Sequence record: PV153712.1
From: Salmonella phage vB_GS156
Length of the DNA: 48,297 nt
Direction: 5' to 3' (one strand)
Position 1 is the stretch's first letter; each line of letters begins with the position of its first letter. The notes below the pieces were generated by a model. The model ran no database searches, was not told the DNA's origin, and saw only the letters and a list, made by a program, of their open reading frames with translations. The position numbers and the translations under genes are program-made. Of this stretch, positions 27,901 to 35,755 are shown piece after piece.

Positions 27901-28727
27901 CAACTCAGATTGGTGATACCCAATCAGCAGTGAATCAGAAACTTGATTCATGGGTTAACGCTGATAGCATAGGCGCGATGTATGGCGTTAAGCTTGGGTT
28001 GCGTTACAACGGCCAGGAGTATAGCGCTGGAATGGCTCTTTCACTTGTGGGTGACGGATCTGGAGTTAAATCGCAATTCCTGTTTGATGCTGGAAGGTTT
28101 GCTATCATTAACAACCAACAAAGCGGAGGTTTTACACTGCCGTTTGTAGTTGAGAATAACCAGGTGTTTATCAATAGCTTGCTTGTGAAAAACGGCTCTA
28201 TTGGCAATGCTCAGATTGCGGATCAGATTAACTCTAACAACTGGCAGAGCGGCGCTGCTGGATGGATGATCAATAAGAATGGTTATGCCGAATTCAACCA
28301 GGTAACTGTAAGGGGTGGCGTTTATGCTTCATACGGATCATTCACTGGTAGCGTTTACGCGCAAGACGGATGGTTTAGGGGTACTGTTTACGCTGAAAAA
28401 ATTGAGGGTGACGTTGCAAAGGCTGTTATCCTTCCGTTTAACGGATCGGTTCACATTCCGGCGGTTAACTACAACAGACATCTTGCTATTCCATATGTTG
28501 GCGTTAACGCGAGAACTTATTCTGGTGGTGCGTGGGGTACAGGTACTGTCTGGATAGATTCAACTTATGGAGGAAGGTTATCAACAGCACAAACGGCGGC
28601 GCTTTCTGGTGGGAGCACTGGTTACATTCTTTTGCCAGCCGGTAACGCGACAACCCTAACATTCTCAGGAAGTCTTGATCATGCTGATGCTGTACCATTT
28701 GTAACCGTTCTTCTTTTCAAAGCATAA
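24951..28727 (+). CDS. Tip attachment / host specificity protein, gpJ-like
   Basis: 1258 aa, fibronectin-like repeats, position. Confidence 0.93.
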   Translation: MVKNMITGSKGGSSKPHTPVEMEDNLISINRIRILLAVSDGEVDPDFSLKDLYFDDVPVMNQDGSLNFQNVKAEFRPGSQTQDYIQGFTDTASEITVARDLTAATPYIISVTNKNLSAIRIKILMPRGFTQEDNGDLTGVRVEYAVDMAIDGAEYNEVLHDVIEGKTMSGYDRSRRIDLPAFNERVLLRVRRLTDSTSARVTDLIKMQSYAEVVDAKFRYPMTGLVYVEFDSELFPNALPNISIKKKWKIINVPSNYDPISRTYSGSWDGTWKKAWSNNPAFVLYDLITNQRYGLDQRELGIALDKWSIYECAQYCDQMVPDGKGGTEPRYLCDVVIQSQVEAYQLVRDICSIFRGMSFWNGESLSIVIDKPRDPSYIFTNDNVVNGEFTYTFASEKSMYTQCNVTFDDEQNMYQQDVEGVFETEAALRFGYNSTSITAIGCTRRSEANRRGRWILKTNVKSTTVNFATGLEGMIPTVGDVIVVSDNFWSSALTLNLSGRLMEVSGLQVFTPFKVDARAGDRILVNKPDGKPVGRTIARVSDDGKTLTLNTTFGFDVHPDTIFAIERTDIAQQRYVVTGITKGDGDEEFTYNITAVEYDPNKYDEIDYGVNIDDRPTSIVQPDVLPAPENVKIESYSRVVQGASVETMHVSWDKVEYASLYEMQWRKDNGNWNNTPRTANKETEVEGIYAGNYHVRVRSVASNGSASGWSKIVSAELTGKVGEPEKPINLTASDDEVFGIRVKWGMPEGSGDTAYIELHQAPNGADGHPLVDQATLLTLVPFPQYEYWHSILPAGHVVWYKARSVDKIGNVSDWTDFVRGMASTDTSIITDHIKVDIENSEGYKWLEENAIKSNDKIHSAAESIIQNALANDTDVRRMRVENGKRKAEFLQSLKLIADETEARVTAITQLNAQFDEKLTAQNSELREVIANSTETLSQQINQLTATFEGEINGVKQDVTAKITEVNKAITNEAEARASADQALSTQIGDTQSAVNQKLDSWVNADSIGAMYGVKLGLRYNGQEYSAGMALSLVGDGSGVKSQFLFDAGRFAIINNQQSGGFTLPFVVENNQVFINSLLVKNGSIGNAQIADQINSNNWQSGAAGWMINKNGYAEFNQVTVRGGVYASYGSFTGSVYAQDGWFRGTVYAEKIEGDVAKAVILPFNGSVHIPAVNYNRHLAIPYVGVNARTYSGGAWGTGTVWIDSTYGGRLSTAQTAALSGGSTGYILLPAGNATTLTFSGSLDHADAVPFVTVLLFKA

Positions 28728-28740
28728 AAGGAGGTAAATC

Positions 28741-28775
28741 AATGCCCTGGCTTAACGGTCGGGGCATTTTGTTTT
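28741..28775 (+). terminator. Putative terminator after gpJ-like gene
   Basis: AATGCCC...GGGGCATTTTGTTTTCTTTT. Confidence 0.55.
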
Positions 28776-28848
28776 CTTTTGTTCCACGATGTTCACAACC
28801 GAATCCGGCGTAAAATTTAAAACGTCTTGATAACAAAAAGAACAAATT

Positions 28849-28902
28849 AAATATCTATATAATACATACATTTAGAGTTTAATTATTATTATATATATCT
28901 AT
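28849..28902. repeat. AT-rich block, copy 2 of repeat at 140-191
   Basis: 19-bp exact AAATATCTATATAATACAT plus TAATTATTATTATATAT(AT)CTAT. Confidence 0.75.
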
Positions 28903-29131
28903 TTGTATCCTTCTTGTTTCCATTGTTATCTATGGTTTGTAGTGGTTGTGTGCTTTGTGTTGGTTAATGGTTATATATCACATGGTATGTATTTATATAT
29001 GGTATGCGGCGTAAATGCATGAACATGTGAACACGAAAACAACAATTAGTAAAATCATAAACTTACGATGTGATTTTGTTGTCAATGCTAGTTGTAAACG
29101 CATGCAAAACAAAAAGAGCACACAAAGGGTA

Positions 29132-29159
29132 TTGACTACATGCAACAAAGACCTATAAT
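29132..29159 (+). promoter_or_regulatory. Strong sigma70-like promoter TTGACT-N16-TATAAT
   Basis: Directly read upstream of recombination module. Confidence 0.75.
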
Positions 29160-29187
29160 GCAGACATACCAACGAGAGGATGACAAA

Positions 29188-30243
29188 ATGAGCGATTTTA
29201 AAGTTTACACATTTGACCAGTTAACCAATGATGAATATCACGATCCTAAAGGATGGGCGGCTGAATACGTTAGCGGTTCAAGCCTGGCAGAAATCTTTGC
29301 AAGTTGTCCGGCAGCATGGAAATACAGACCACGAGAGGAAAGCAAAGCGCTTGTTTTCGGTACGCAGTCACATACCAACTTTCAAAGCAGTGAGTTGTTC
29401 GCAAAAGAGTACCGCCGAGCGCCAGCGCCGGAAGATTACGAAAACTTAATCACAAGCCAAACGGCATTAGCCAGCAAGTTAAAATCTTTTGGCCTGACTG
29501 GTACAAGCGGGAAAACTTATCCAGATCTGATAAAGATGATGGTTGATTGCGGTGAGGAATTGAATGTTCAATGGCTCATTGAAATGATCGCAGAAAGCCA
29601 GGCAAGAGCGGATAATGTTGAATTAGTTCCTGCCAAAGATTACGACGCTTGCGTTTCTATGCGCCGCGTACTGGAGGCCATACCAGAGCACAACGCTTGC
29701 ATGAATAGCCCAACAGCGCAACGAGAATTGTCGATTTTTGGCACTATCAAAGGAGTTAAGGTAAAGGTAAGGCTTGACCATGTTGATATTTGCAAGGATG
29801 TGCTTGGAACGGTTATTTCCGGTTATGACGGTGAAGGAAATCCGGTCTATGATACAACGCGATTTGATGAAGCGATTGTGATCACTGATTACAAAACAAC
29901 GTCAAGCGCTAACCCAACAGAGTTTTCACGGCTGGCATTCAATCACGGTTACTACTTGAAAATGGCTTTGCAACATGACCTATTCAAGAAAGCCTATCCA
30001 GAAGAAAAACGACCTGTTGTTGTTCGCTTACTGACGCAGGAAAAGAAAGATCCGTTCTTGCCGATCGCATATCGCATGGTTGACGAACAATTGAAGATCG
30101 GACGTTTGCAGTACATGAGCGTAATAAACCAATTTGCAGTTTGCCAGGCTAATGACGTATGGCCTTCATATGCAAACGGGGAGCCTGAAATCGATTTAGT
30201 TACTCCTGATTGGGTTCGACGCCAGTACAAAGGATTTTTATAA
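29188..30243 (+). CDS. RecE/PDDEXK-type exonuclease
   Basis: SGSSLAEIFASCPAAWKY...FGTQSH...ITDYKTTSSA...Y..KMALQHDLF: RecB-like nuclease motifs. Confidence 0.85.
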   Translation: MSDFKVYTFDQLTNDEYHDPKGWAAEYVSGSSLAEIFASCPAAWKYRPREESKALVFGTQSHTNFQSSELFAKEYRRAPAPEDYENLITSQTALASKLKSFGLTGTSGKTYPDLIKMMVDCGEELNVQWLIEMIAESQARADNVELVPAKDYDACVSMRRVLEAIPEHNACMNSPTAQRELSIFGTIKGVKVKVRLDHVDICKDVLGTVISGYDGEGNPVYDTTRFDEAIVITDYKTTSSANPTEFSRLAFNHGYYLKMALQHDLFKKAYPEEKRPVVVRLLTQEKKDPFLPIAYRMVDEQLKIGRLQYMSVINQFAVCQANDVWPSYANGEPEIDLVTPDWVRRQYKGFL

Positions 30244-30244
30244 A

Positions 30245-30286
30245 TAGCACTTTTTGCTAAAACTGCCATTCGATGCGTGTTATGAT
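30245..30286 (+). promoter_or_regulatory. Operator (30245-30259) plus -10 TATGAT (30281-30286)
   Basis: TAGCACTTTTTGCTA; spacing 1 nt shorter than most. Confidence 0.75.
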
Positions 30287-30318
30287 AGACGTATCAAACA
30301 ACAAGAGAGGAAAGTAAA

Positions 30319-30609
30319 ATGGAAAAGCAATTCAACGAAGAAGAAATCAAAGAAGTTCAGGATCATATTGAAAAAATTACTTCTGTTTTGGCTGTTGTTC
30401 AGCGTGAATTTTTGAAGGTAATTGATCCTAGCGAGTCTCCAGAAACTCTTGAATATGTTCGCAATGTTGCTCAAGCTTTTGATAATGTTATTCTTGCAAT
30501 TTTTCAACATGAAAATAATGAGGAATATAAAGATATGCTTTATCAAGCAAGTGAAATCTTGATTCAGAATTTGATTGATTATCACAACGAGAACAAAGAA
30601 ACTCATTAA
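30319..30609 (+). CDS. Hypothetical protein, 96 aa
   Basis: ORF in recombination block. Confidence 0.7.
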   Translation: MEKQFNEEEIKEVQDHIEKITSVLAVVQREFLKVIDPSESPETLEYVRNVAQAFDNVILAIFQHENNEEYKDMLYQASEILIQNLIDYHNENKETH

Positions 30610-30654
30610 TCAATAAGGCGGCGAAAGCCGCCATTACCATCAAAGAGGCAGCAA

Positions 30655-31314
30655 ATGAAATTTTCAGATCAGAATGCTAACGTTATTAAGGCGCTATTTG
30701 AAGCGCGTAAATTATTCACTAAGGTGAAGAAAGACAAACAAAATGCTCACCTTAAAAACAGATATGCAACGCTTGACAGCGTTCTTGATGCAATTATGCC
30801 TGGACTTACTGAAAAGTGTTTATTCTTGACTCAAGATCAGAAGGTAAGCGATGATCTAAAGTCAATGACGGTTCTTACTCGATTCATTCACGTTGAATCA
30901 AATGAATGGGTAGAATATAGCTTCACTCTTCCAATGCAGAAATTAGATCCGCAAGGTGGCGGCTCAACAAACAGTTACGCGAGGCGCTATGCTCTTTGCA
31001 CTGCTCTTGGACTTGCAACGGCTGATGATGACGCAAACCTTGCCACCAAAACGGCGCAGGATTGGAAAAAAGATTTAGATGCTTGTGAAACACTGGAAGA
31101 ATTAGCTAAGGTATACAAGGCGGCATACGCATCAAGTGACGCAGCAAACAGGCGCATTATCACAGAGCACAAGGATAAGCTAAAAGCAAAGCTTGAGATT
31201 GGTAACGCTCGCGGATTCAATCCGGCAGCGCCAGCGGCTAATGTTGCGAAAAATGAAGTTGAAAAAGAACCGCAACAGGAAGTAAAATCACAATCTATCA
31301 CAGACTTTGAATAA
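30655..31314 (+). CDS. ERF-family single-strand annealing protein
   Basis: AHLKNRYATLDSVLDAIMPGLTE...SYARRYALCTALGLATADDDAN. Confidence 0.9.
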   Translation: MKFSDQNANVIKALFEARKLFTKVKKDKQNAHLKNRYATLDSVLDAIMPGLTEKCLFLTQDQKVSDDLKSMTVLTRFIHVESNEWVEYSFTLPMQKLDPQGGGSTNSYARRYALCTALGLATADDDANLATKTAQDWKKDLDACETLEELAKVYKAAYASSDAANRRIITEHKDKLKAKLEIGNARGFNPAAPAANVAKNEVEKEPQQEVKSQSITDFE

Positions 31315-31351
31315 TTAACGTGGGGCTTTATAGCCCCAATAAGGATTAAAA

Positions 31352-31777
31352 ATGCATATTATCACTGGTGAAATTCGCAAAGAGCCATTCGTAAAGCAAG
31401 GCGCAAACGGAACGTTATACATCGTTGAGCTTTCAGAATCATTTAAAGATCGTGATGGTAATAGGCAGTACACCAACTACAAATTCTTCTTTAATGCAAA
31501 AAGCGATGGGATTAATAATTGGTATCGCGAATCTTTTCAACAAGGCAAGGTTATTTCTGTATCATGCGATAATTTGCGAATTGATAGCCAGGAATACAAC
31601 GGGAAAGTTTATAATACATTGACGTCTGCTGGCTTTGCTAATCTTCAATTCAGCCAGCGCGGGGTAGGTCAAGCACCACAGCAACAAAGCCAGCCACGCC
31701 AGCAACAACAGCCTGGACAACAAGCGCCTCAAAACAACGAGCCACCAATGGATTTTGATGACGATATTCCATTTTGA
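31352..31777 (+). CDS. ssb: Single-stranded DNA-binding protein
   Basis: OB-fold-like N-terminus and acidic tip MDFDDDIPF after Q-rich linker. Confidence 0.88.
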   Translation: MHIITGEIRKEPFVKQGANGTLYIVELSESFKDRDGNRQYTNYKFFFNAKSDGINNWYRESFQQGKVISVSCDNLRIDSQEYNGKVYNTLTSAGFANLQFSQRGVGQAPQQQSQPRQQQQPGQQAPQNNEPPMDFDDDIPF

Positions 31778-31783
31778 TAAAAC

Positions 31784-31812
31784 AAAGCCCCGCATTGCGG
31801 GGCTTTTATTAT
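31784..31812. terminator. Bidirectional terminator between convergent ssb and tail fibre genes
   Basis: AAAGCCCCGCATTGCGGGGCTTTTA. Confidence 0.85.
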
Positions 31813-33911
31813 TTATCTTTGTTTAAAAGTGATTTTATGTATTCAATTTCATCTCTCATTTCATCAATAGAAGATAGTGACTCCTTAAGCGACTTGTTTT
31901 CATCCTCAAGTTTTGTGATCTTCTCATCCATTTCTTTGCAGGCCTGGACAAGTAGAGCAGTTATACCGCTATAGTCAACAGAATAGAATCTTTCCTCGCC
32001 TTGAAGTGCAGAACCGTCTTTTGTTGGCCCTTGCAAATCAACATATTTGGTAAAAGATCCAGAAGCTTCTGGCAATGAGTTTCTAACCTCCTGAGCTATA
32101 ACGCCAGCGTAAGGCATACCATCTTCTTTTAGAGTATAAGTATATCCTCCAATACCTCTTATTCTTTCTATAGCATTATCAATAACCTCTATATTTTCTT
32201 TTAGATCTCTATCAGATGTCTGATTGAATGAATGAGCATTTACAACGCCATTAACGTCAAGTTGCTTAGATAGATCTCCATTTACTTGCCCGTAAAATAT
32301 CCACCCATCTTCTACAGTTCCTACCTCGGATACACTACGTCGACCATCAGTATTACCAAATGTATAATAATATGGTGTTGCTGTACCATCAACAAGAAGA
32401 GTTCCATGCCTAGTATTAAGCTTTCTAACATTGTTAGCACCAAAATTCAAATCACCGGAAAAAATAATGCTGGTAACATTATAAAGATATCCGTCTTCAT
32501 CAAATTGTAAGTACGCATGTTTATTAGTTTCAAAGTTTGAAGATCTAATGGTGGTTTTAGATTTTCCTTCTTGATACTCATTGTAAAATTGACTTAAACC
32601 TTTAGGAGTTCCGCCTTGAATTCTATAAAATTCAAGATTGCCGCTCCTGCCAGAATCATATTGTGTTAATTTCAAGTCTCTCAATTGAACATTATCATTC
32701 TCACGAACAATTTTAAACCATCCATGCGGCCATTGACCATTTGTAAGCGCAATGAGGTACATGAGATTTTCTGACGACGTTGCTTCTAAAACTCCGAATT
32801 CTGGCTTTCCTTCTTGATTCCTTAGATGTATCTTAAAATTATAAGTCCACCAACCATGACCGTCGGCAGGCTTATTAATTACATTTTCTCCAGATGAGAA
32901 AATCCCTGATTCATTGTTTTCTATAACCCAATCAAGAATATTAGTTCCGTCTGGAATCAGTTTATAAACTGATGGAACATTAAGTGCACGCCTGGCGTCT
33001 TTTTCATTTTTAGATCCTGTTCCTCCGGCCTCAATTTTTAACGCTTCCCACGATCCAGTATCATCACGCCATGTTCCCCATTCACCGTTTGGTCGTATTG
33101 TAATACGATAAGGAGAAATGGTAGCTGGATACATCATGGTTTCTCCTTCTGACTGCTTAAAGCGATCTAATCCAAGATTACTCTTTGCTGTATCCTTATT
33201 TGCAAGATCTGCCAAGTTTTGATCTTTATGTAAAAGGTTTTCAGGATTAACCTGTTGTGCCCATCGTTGAGCGTCATCGCGTGCAGTTTCAGCACCTTGT
33301 TTAGCATTTCCTGCTGCAATGTTAGATTGTTCAGCCGCGAATTGTGCGTTTTCAGCGGCATCACGCGCATCAAGAGCATCATTTCTAATTTCGCCAATTT
33401 CAGAAACAGCACTATCCTTAATCTGTTGAGTTTGCGTTTTTATTGCGTTAATGTCTGCTTTGATCTGATTGGTTTCATTTTTTAGTTGTTCAGTCGCCGC
33501 CTTATCAATGGCTACCTGTTGCGCATCAGCATTAACCTTATTAACCAGATCCTGAAAAGTTTTCAGATCAAAGTTTTTGAAGAATTCAATTGCTTCCTCG
33601 ATAACAGTTTCTTTGCTTTGATAATAACGCAGCGTTTCCGCTACATCTTGCGCCATACCATCTACAGTTAGAGAATCATTCAAAAGGATCACATAATTTC
33701 CGTTTGCTACTGGCTCGCCGTCAGTCTGGATCGCTTTCATTTCCGTGTCGCTTACAATATCGCTAATAACCGCCAGTTTTAAAGGTGTGGTTAAAAATAC
33801 GATCGTTGCGCCAGTGCGGATAAGAGAAAGCGGCTCACGCCATTTTGTACCAGTGCCAGTGATAACGCCTTGCGCGTCCATTGCAGCCGTACCAATTCGA
33901 TATAAAGCCAT
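31809..33911 (-). CDS. Tail fibre/spike with C-terminal S74 intramolecular chaperone
   Basis: [44 protein letters not shown]...[19 protein letters not shown]; coiled-coil N-terminal region. Confidence 0.9.
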   Translation of the reverse strand: MALYRIGTAAMDAQGVITGTGTKWREPLSLIRTGATIVFLTTPLKLAVISDIVSDTEMKAIQTDGEPVANGNYVILLNDSLTVDGMAQDVAETLRYYQSKETVIEEAIEFFKNFDLKTFQDLVNKVNADAQQVAIDKAATEQLKNETNQIKADINAIKTQTQQIKDSAVSEIGEIRNDALDARDAAENAQFAAEQSNIAAGNAKQGAETARDDAQRWAQQVNPENLLHKDQNLADLANKDTAKSNLGLDRFKQSEGETMMYPATISPYRITIRPNGEWGTWRDDTGSWEALKIEAGGTGSKNEKDARRALNVPSVYKLIPDGTNILDWVIENNESGIFSSGENVINKPADGHGWWTYNFKIHLRNQEGKPEFGVLEATSSENLMYLIALTNGQWPHGWFKIVRENDNVQLRDLKLTQYDSGRSGNLEFYRIQGGTPKGLSQFYNEYQEGKSKTTIRSSNFETNKHAYLQFDEDGYLYNVTSIIFSGDLNFGANNVRKLNTRHGTLLVDGTATPYYYTFGNTDGRRSVSEVGTVEDGWIFYGQVNGDLSKQLDVNGVVNAHSFNQTSDRDLKENIEVIDNAIERIRGIGGYTYTLKEDGMPYAGVIAQEVRNSLPEASGSFTKYVDLQGPTKDGSALQGEERFYSVDYSGITALLVQACKEMDEKITKLEDENKSLKESLSSIDEMRDEIEYIKSLLNKDK

Positions 33912-33923
33912 AATTTCACCTCA

Positions 33924-33938
33924 TAGCATTTTTTGTTA
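33924..33938 (-). promoter_or_regulatory. Operator copy TAACAAAAAATGCTA (- strand) in fibre gene leader
   Basis: Identical 15-mer to the one in capsid promoter; upstream TTGCAT-N17-CATAAT on - strand. Confidence 0.55.
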
Positions 33939-33983
33939 AAAATAAGTCATGTGATTATGCTACAGCCATTTGCTACATGCAAT

Positions 33984-34007
33984 AAAAAACCCCGCATAAG
34001 CGGGGTT
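33984..34007 (-). terminator. Terminator downstream of primase-like gene
   Basis: - strand TAACCCCGCTTATGCGGGGTTTTTT. Confidence 0.85.
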
Positions 34008-34071
34008 ACGTCAACAACAACGAGAAATAGTTAGAATTAAAAATAAAACAAGTAGCAGTGACAAAATTATA

Positions 34072-35001
34072 TTATAACAAATCTTCTGCATTGTAAAGCC
34101 TTCGCTCTATTCCATTTTTAAAATTACCATCAACAGGAAGCATAACATCTAATTCTCTTTCGTCTGCTGCAATAATCGTTTCTTGATCATCGGCATGGCA
34201 AACAACACGCATTTTACGATCTCCTTTATACCTGTATGCGACTATTTCAAGATTTGATGCGGAGAAACAGCACCACACTTCCTGGCCTCCAGTCGCAAGA
34301 TGTATATGTTGCGCGTCAATCCAGTCAGTACAAAGATATATTGTTTTGTCAGTTTTACCTGTTACTGCAACAGATCCCCTTGTGTAATCCTTAGCGTAAA
34401 AACTGTTTTGCCCCTCCTCATTTACGAAAAGAATATTACACATTTCATCATCCAATTCATCACTATAAACCATGTAGCAAGGAATGGCGTGAATATGCTC
34501 ATCATATCCACCAGGATTGATTTTTACTCCTACTTGATAAGATTCACCGTCTAACGGGTAAAACGCCTCAAAAATGCTTAGATGCGTTGCAGTCATGCTT
34601 TCTGTTTTGCTCATTACTTCCAAGCACTTTTCGTGCGGAGCTTGAGATCCGAATTTGTAACCGGAGTCACGTTTTGCCGCTTTGTTAGCCCTGTTGACAA
34701 CCTCAACCGGAACCAGGTTTAACCATTCACCTAGAGTGTCGATTGCTTCACTGTAATTTTCACCACGTATTCGCATGAATAATCCGATCCCTGAATCATT
34801 CCCGCATTGGTTGCAAATGTTGCCGCCGTCGCCTTTCTCGTTGATTTTGTCAGTCCAACGAAAGCGATCTTTACCGCCGCAATAAGGGCAAGGCTGATGC
34901 TTTCCGTTAAAGGTTAATTGAGGAATATCGCAAAGTTTCATTAATGCCGCTTGCCACATGCCGCGCATCTTTGGGATCACTTCTTCTTTTTGATAATGCA
35001 T
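34072..35001 (-). CDS. Primase-like protein with P4-type zinc ribbon and degenerate Toprim-like region
   Basis: HQPCPYCGGKDRFRWTD...GGNICNQCG...GDGIGLFMR; CFSASNLEIV... Confidence 0.8.
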   Translation of the reverse strand: MHYQKEEVIPKMRGMWQAALMKLCDIPQLTFNGKHQPCPYCGGKDRFRWTDKINEKGDGGNICNQCGNDSGIGLFMRIRGENYSEAIDTLGEWLNLVPVEVVNRANKAAKRDSGYKFGSQAPHEKCLEVMSKTESMTATHLSIFEAFYPLDGESYQVGVKINPGGYDEHIHAIPCYMVYSDELDDEMCNILFVNEEGQNSFYAKDYTRGSVAVTGKTDKTIYLCTDWIDAQHIHLATGGQEVWCCFSASNLEIVAYRYKGDRKMRVVCHADDQETIIAADERELDVMLPVDGNFKNGIERRLYNAEDLL

Positions 35002-35058
35002 TTCTCAACCTCCAAATAAAAACCTGTCACGATGATAAACCATGCCAGGCCGTAATTT

Positions 35059-35667
35059 TTAGCAATCAGTGCTATCGACGGAAATCACAACGCGTTTCTT
35101 CTGATTGGCTTCCTTTGCTTTGCGCCGTTCTTCTTTCGCCTTATCGCGTTCAGCTTTGCGCCGCGCTTTCTCCTTCTCGCGTTCTTCTGGACTCATAGAC
35201 CGCAACGGATCGTAAGGCCGCACAAATCCTCTTGCTTCCGCTTCCTCTTTGGTTACAAATCGCATCAGCTTTCTGTTGCTGCAACGATTCTCTAATGGCT
35301 TGCCGTTATTATCAAATTTTATATCTGGACGGCAATATGAAGCGCGGAAGCCGTTAAAACCTTTGCGTCGGTAATCTTTCTGGATCAGTTCAGCGCCTTT
35401 AGTTGAAATCATGCCGCGCTCTTTCCATCCCCATACTGTTTTAAGGTTAACGCCTATTTCGCGAGCAAGCGCAGCACATCCACCATATGCATTAACCACT
35501 TCATCAAGCCGCGCTCTTAGTCCTGCTCTTACTTCATCCTTCAATACCAAGTATCCGCTTACAGGTGCGCGGCGTTTTCGGTCTTTTCCTCGGCGTACTC
35601 CATTGTTACCATTAAGTGTGCGTTTGTCGATTTCGCCTGTTGAGGCTGCAATTTTGATTTCGCTCAT
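35059..35667 (-). CDS. HTH DNA-binding regulator (Cro/YdaS-like core)
   Basis: YGGCAALAREIGVNLKTVWGWKERGMISTKGAELIQKD...FRASYCRPDI; basic flanks; start MSEIKIAAS. Confidence 0.7.
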   Translation of the reverse strand: MSEIKIAASTGEIDKRTLNGNNGVRRGKDRKRRAPVSGYLVLKDEVRAGLRARLDEVVNAYGGCAALAREIGVNLKTVWGWKERGMISTKGAELIQKDYRRKGFNGFRASYCRPDIKFDNNGKPLENRCSNRKLMRFVTKEEAEARGFVRPYDPLRSMSPEEREKEKARRKAERDKAKEERRKAKEANQKKRVVISVDSTDC

Positions 35668-35678
35668 ATTTTCACCTA

Positions 35679-35720
35679 TAGCACTTTTTGCTAAAAAACT
35701 TGAGTAAGTTTGTGTATGAT
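35679..35720. promoter_or_regulatory. Operator (35679-35693) shared between rightward -10 TATGAT (35715-35720) and leftward HTH gene leader
   Basis: TAGCACTTTTTGCTA located 12 nt from HTH gene start. Confidence 0.8.
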
Positions 35721-35755
35721 ATGCCGCAAATGGCATTTAGTCAAAAGGTTGAATA

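Noticed and set aside
35059-35667. Classical lambda-type lysogeny module
   Set aside because: Only one HTH regulator and no integrase, CI/Cro pair or attachment site recognised; lifestyle cannot be settled from sequence alone.
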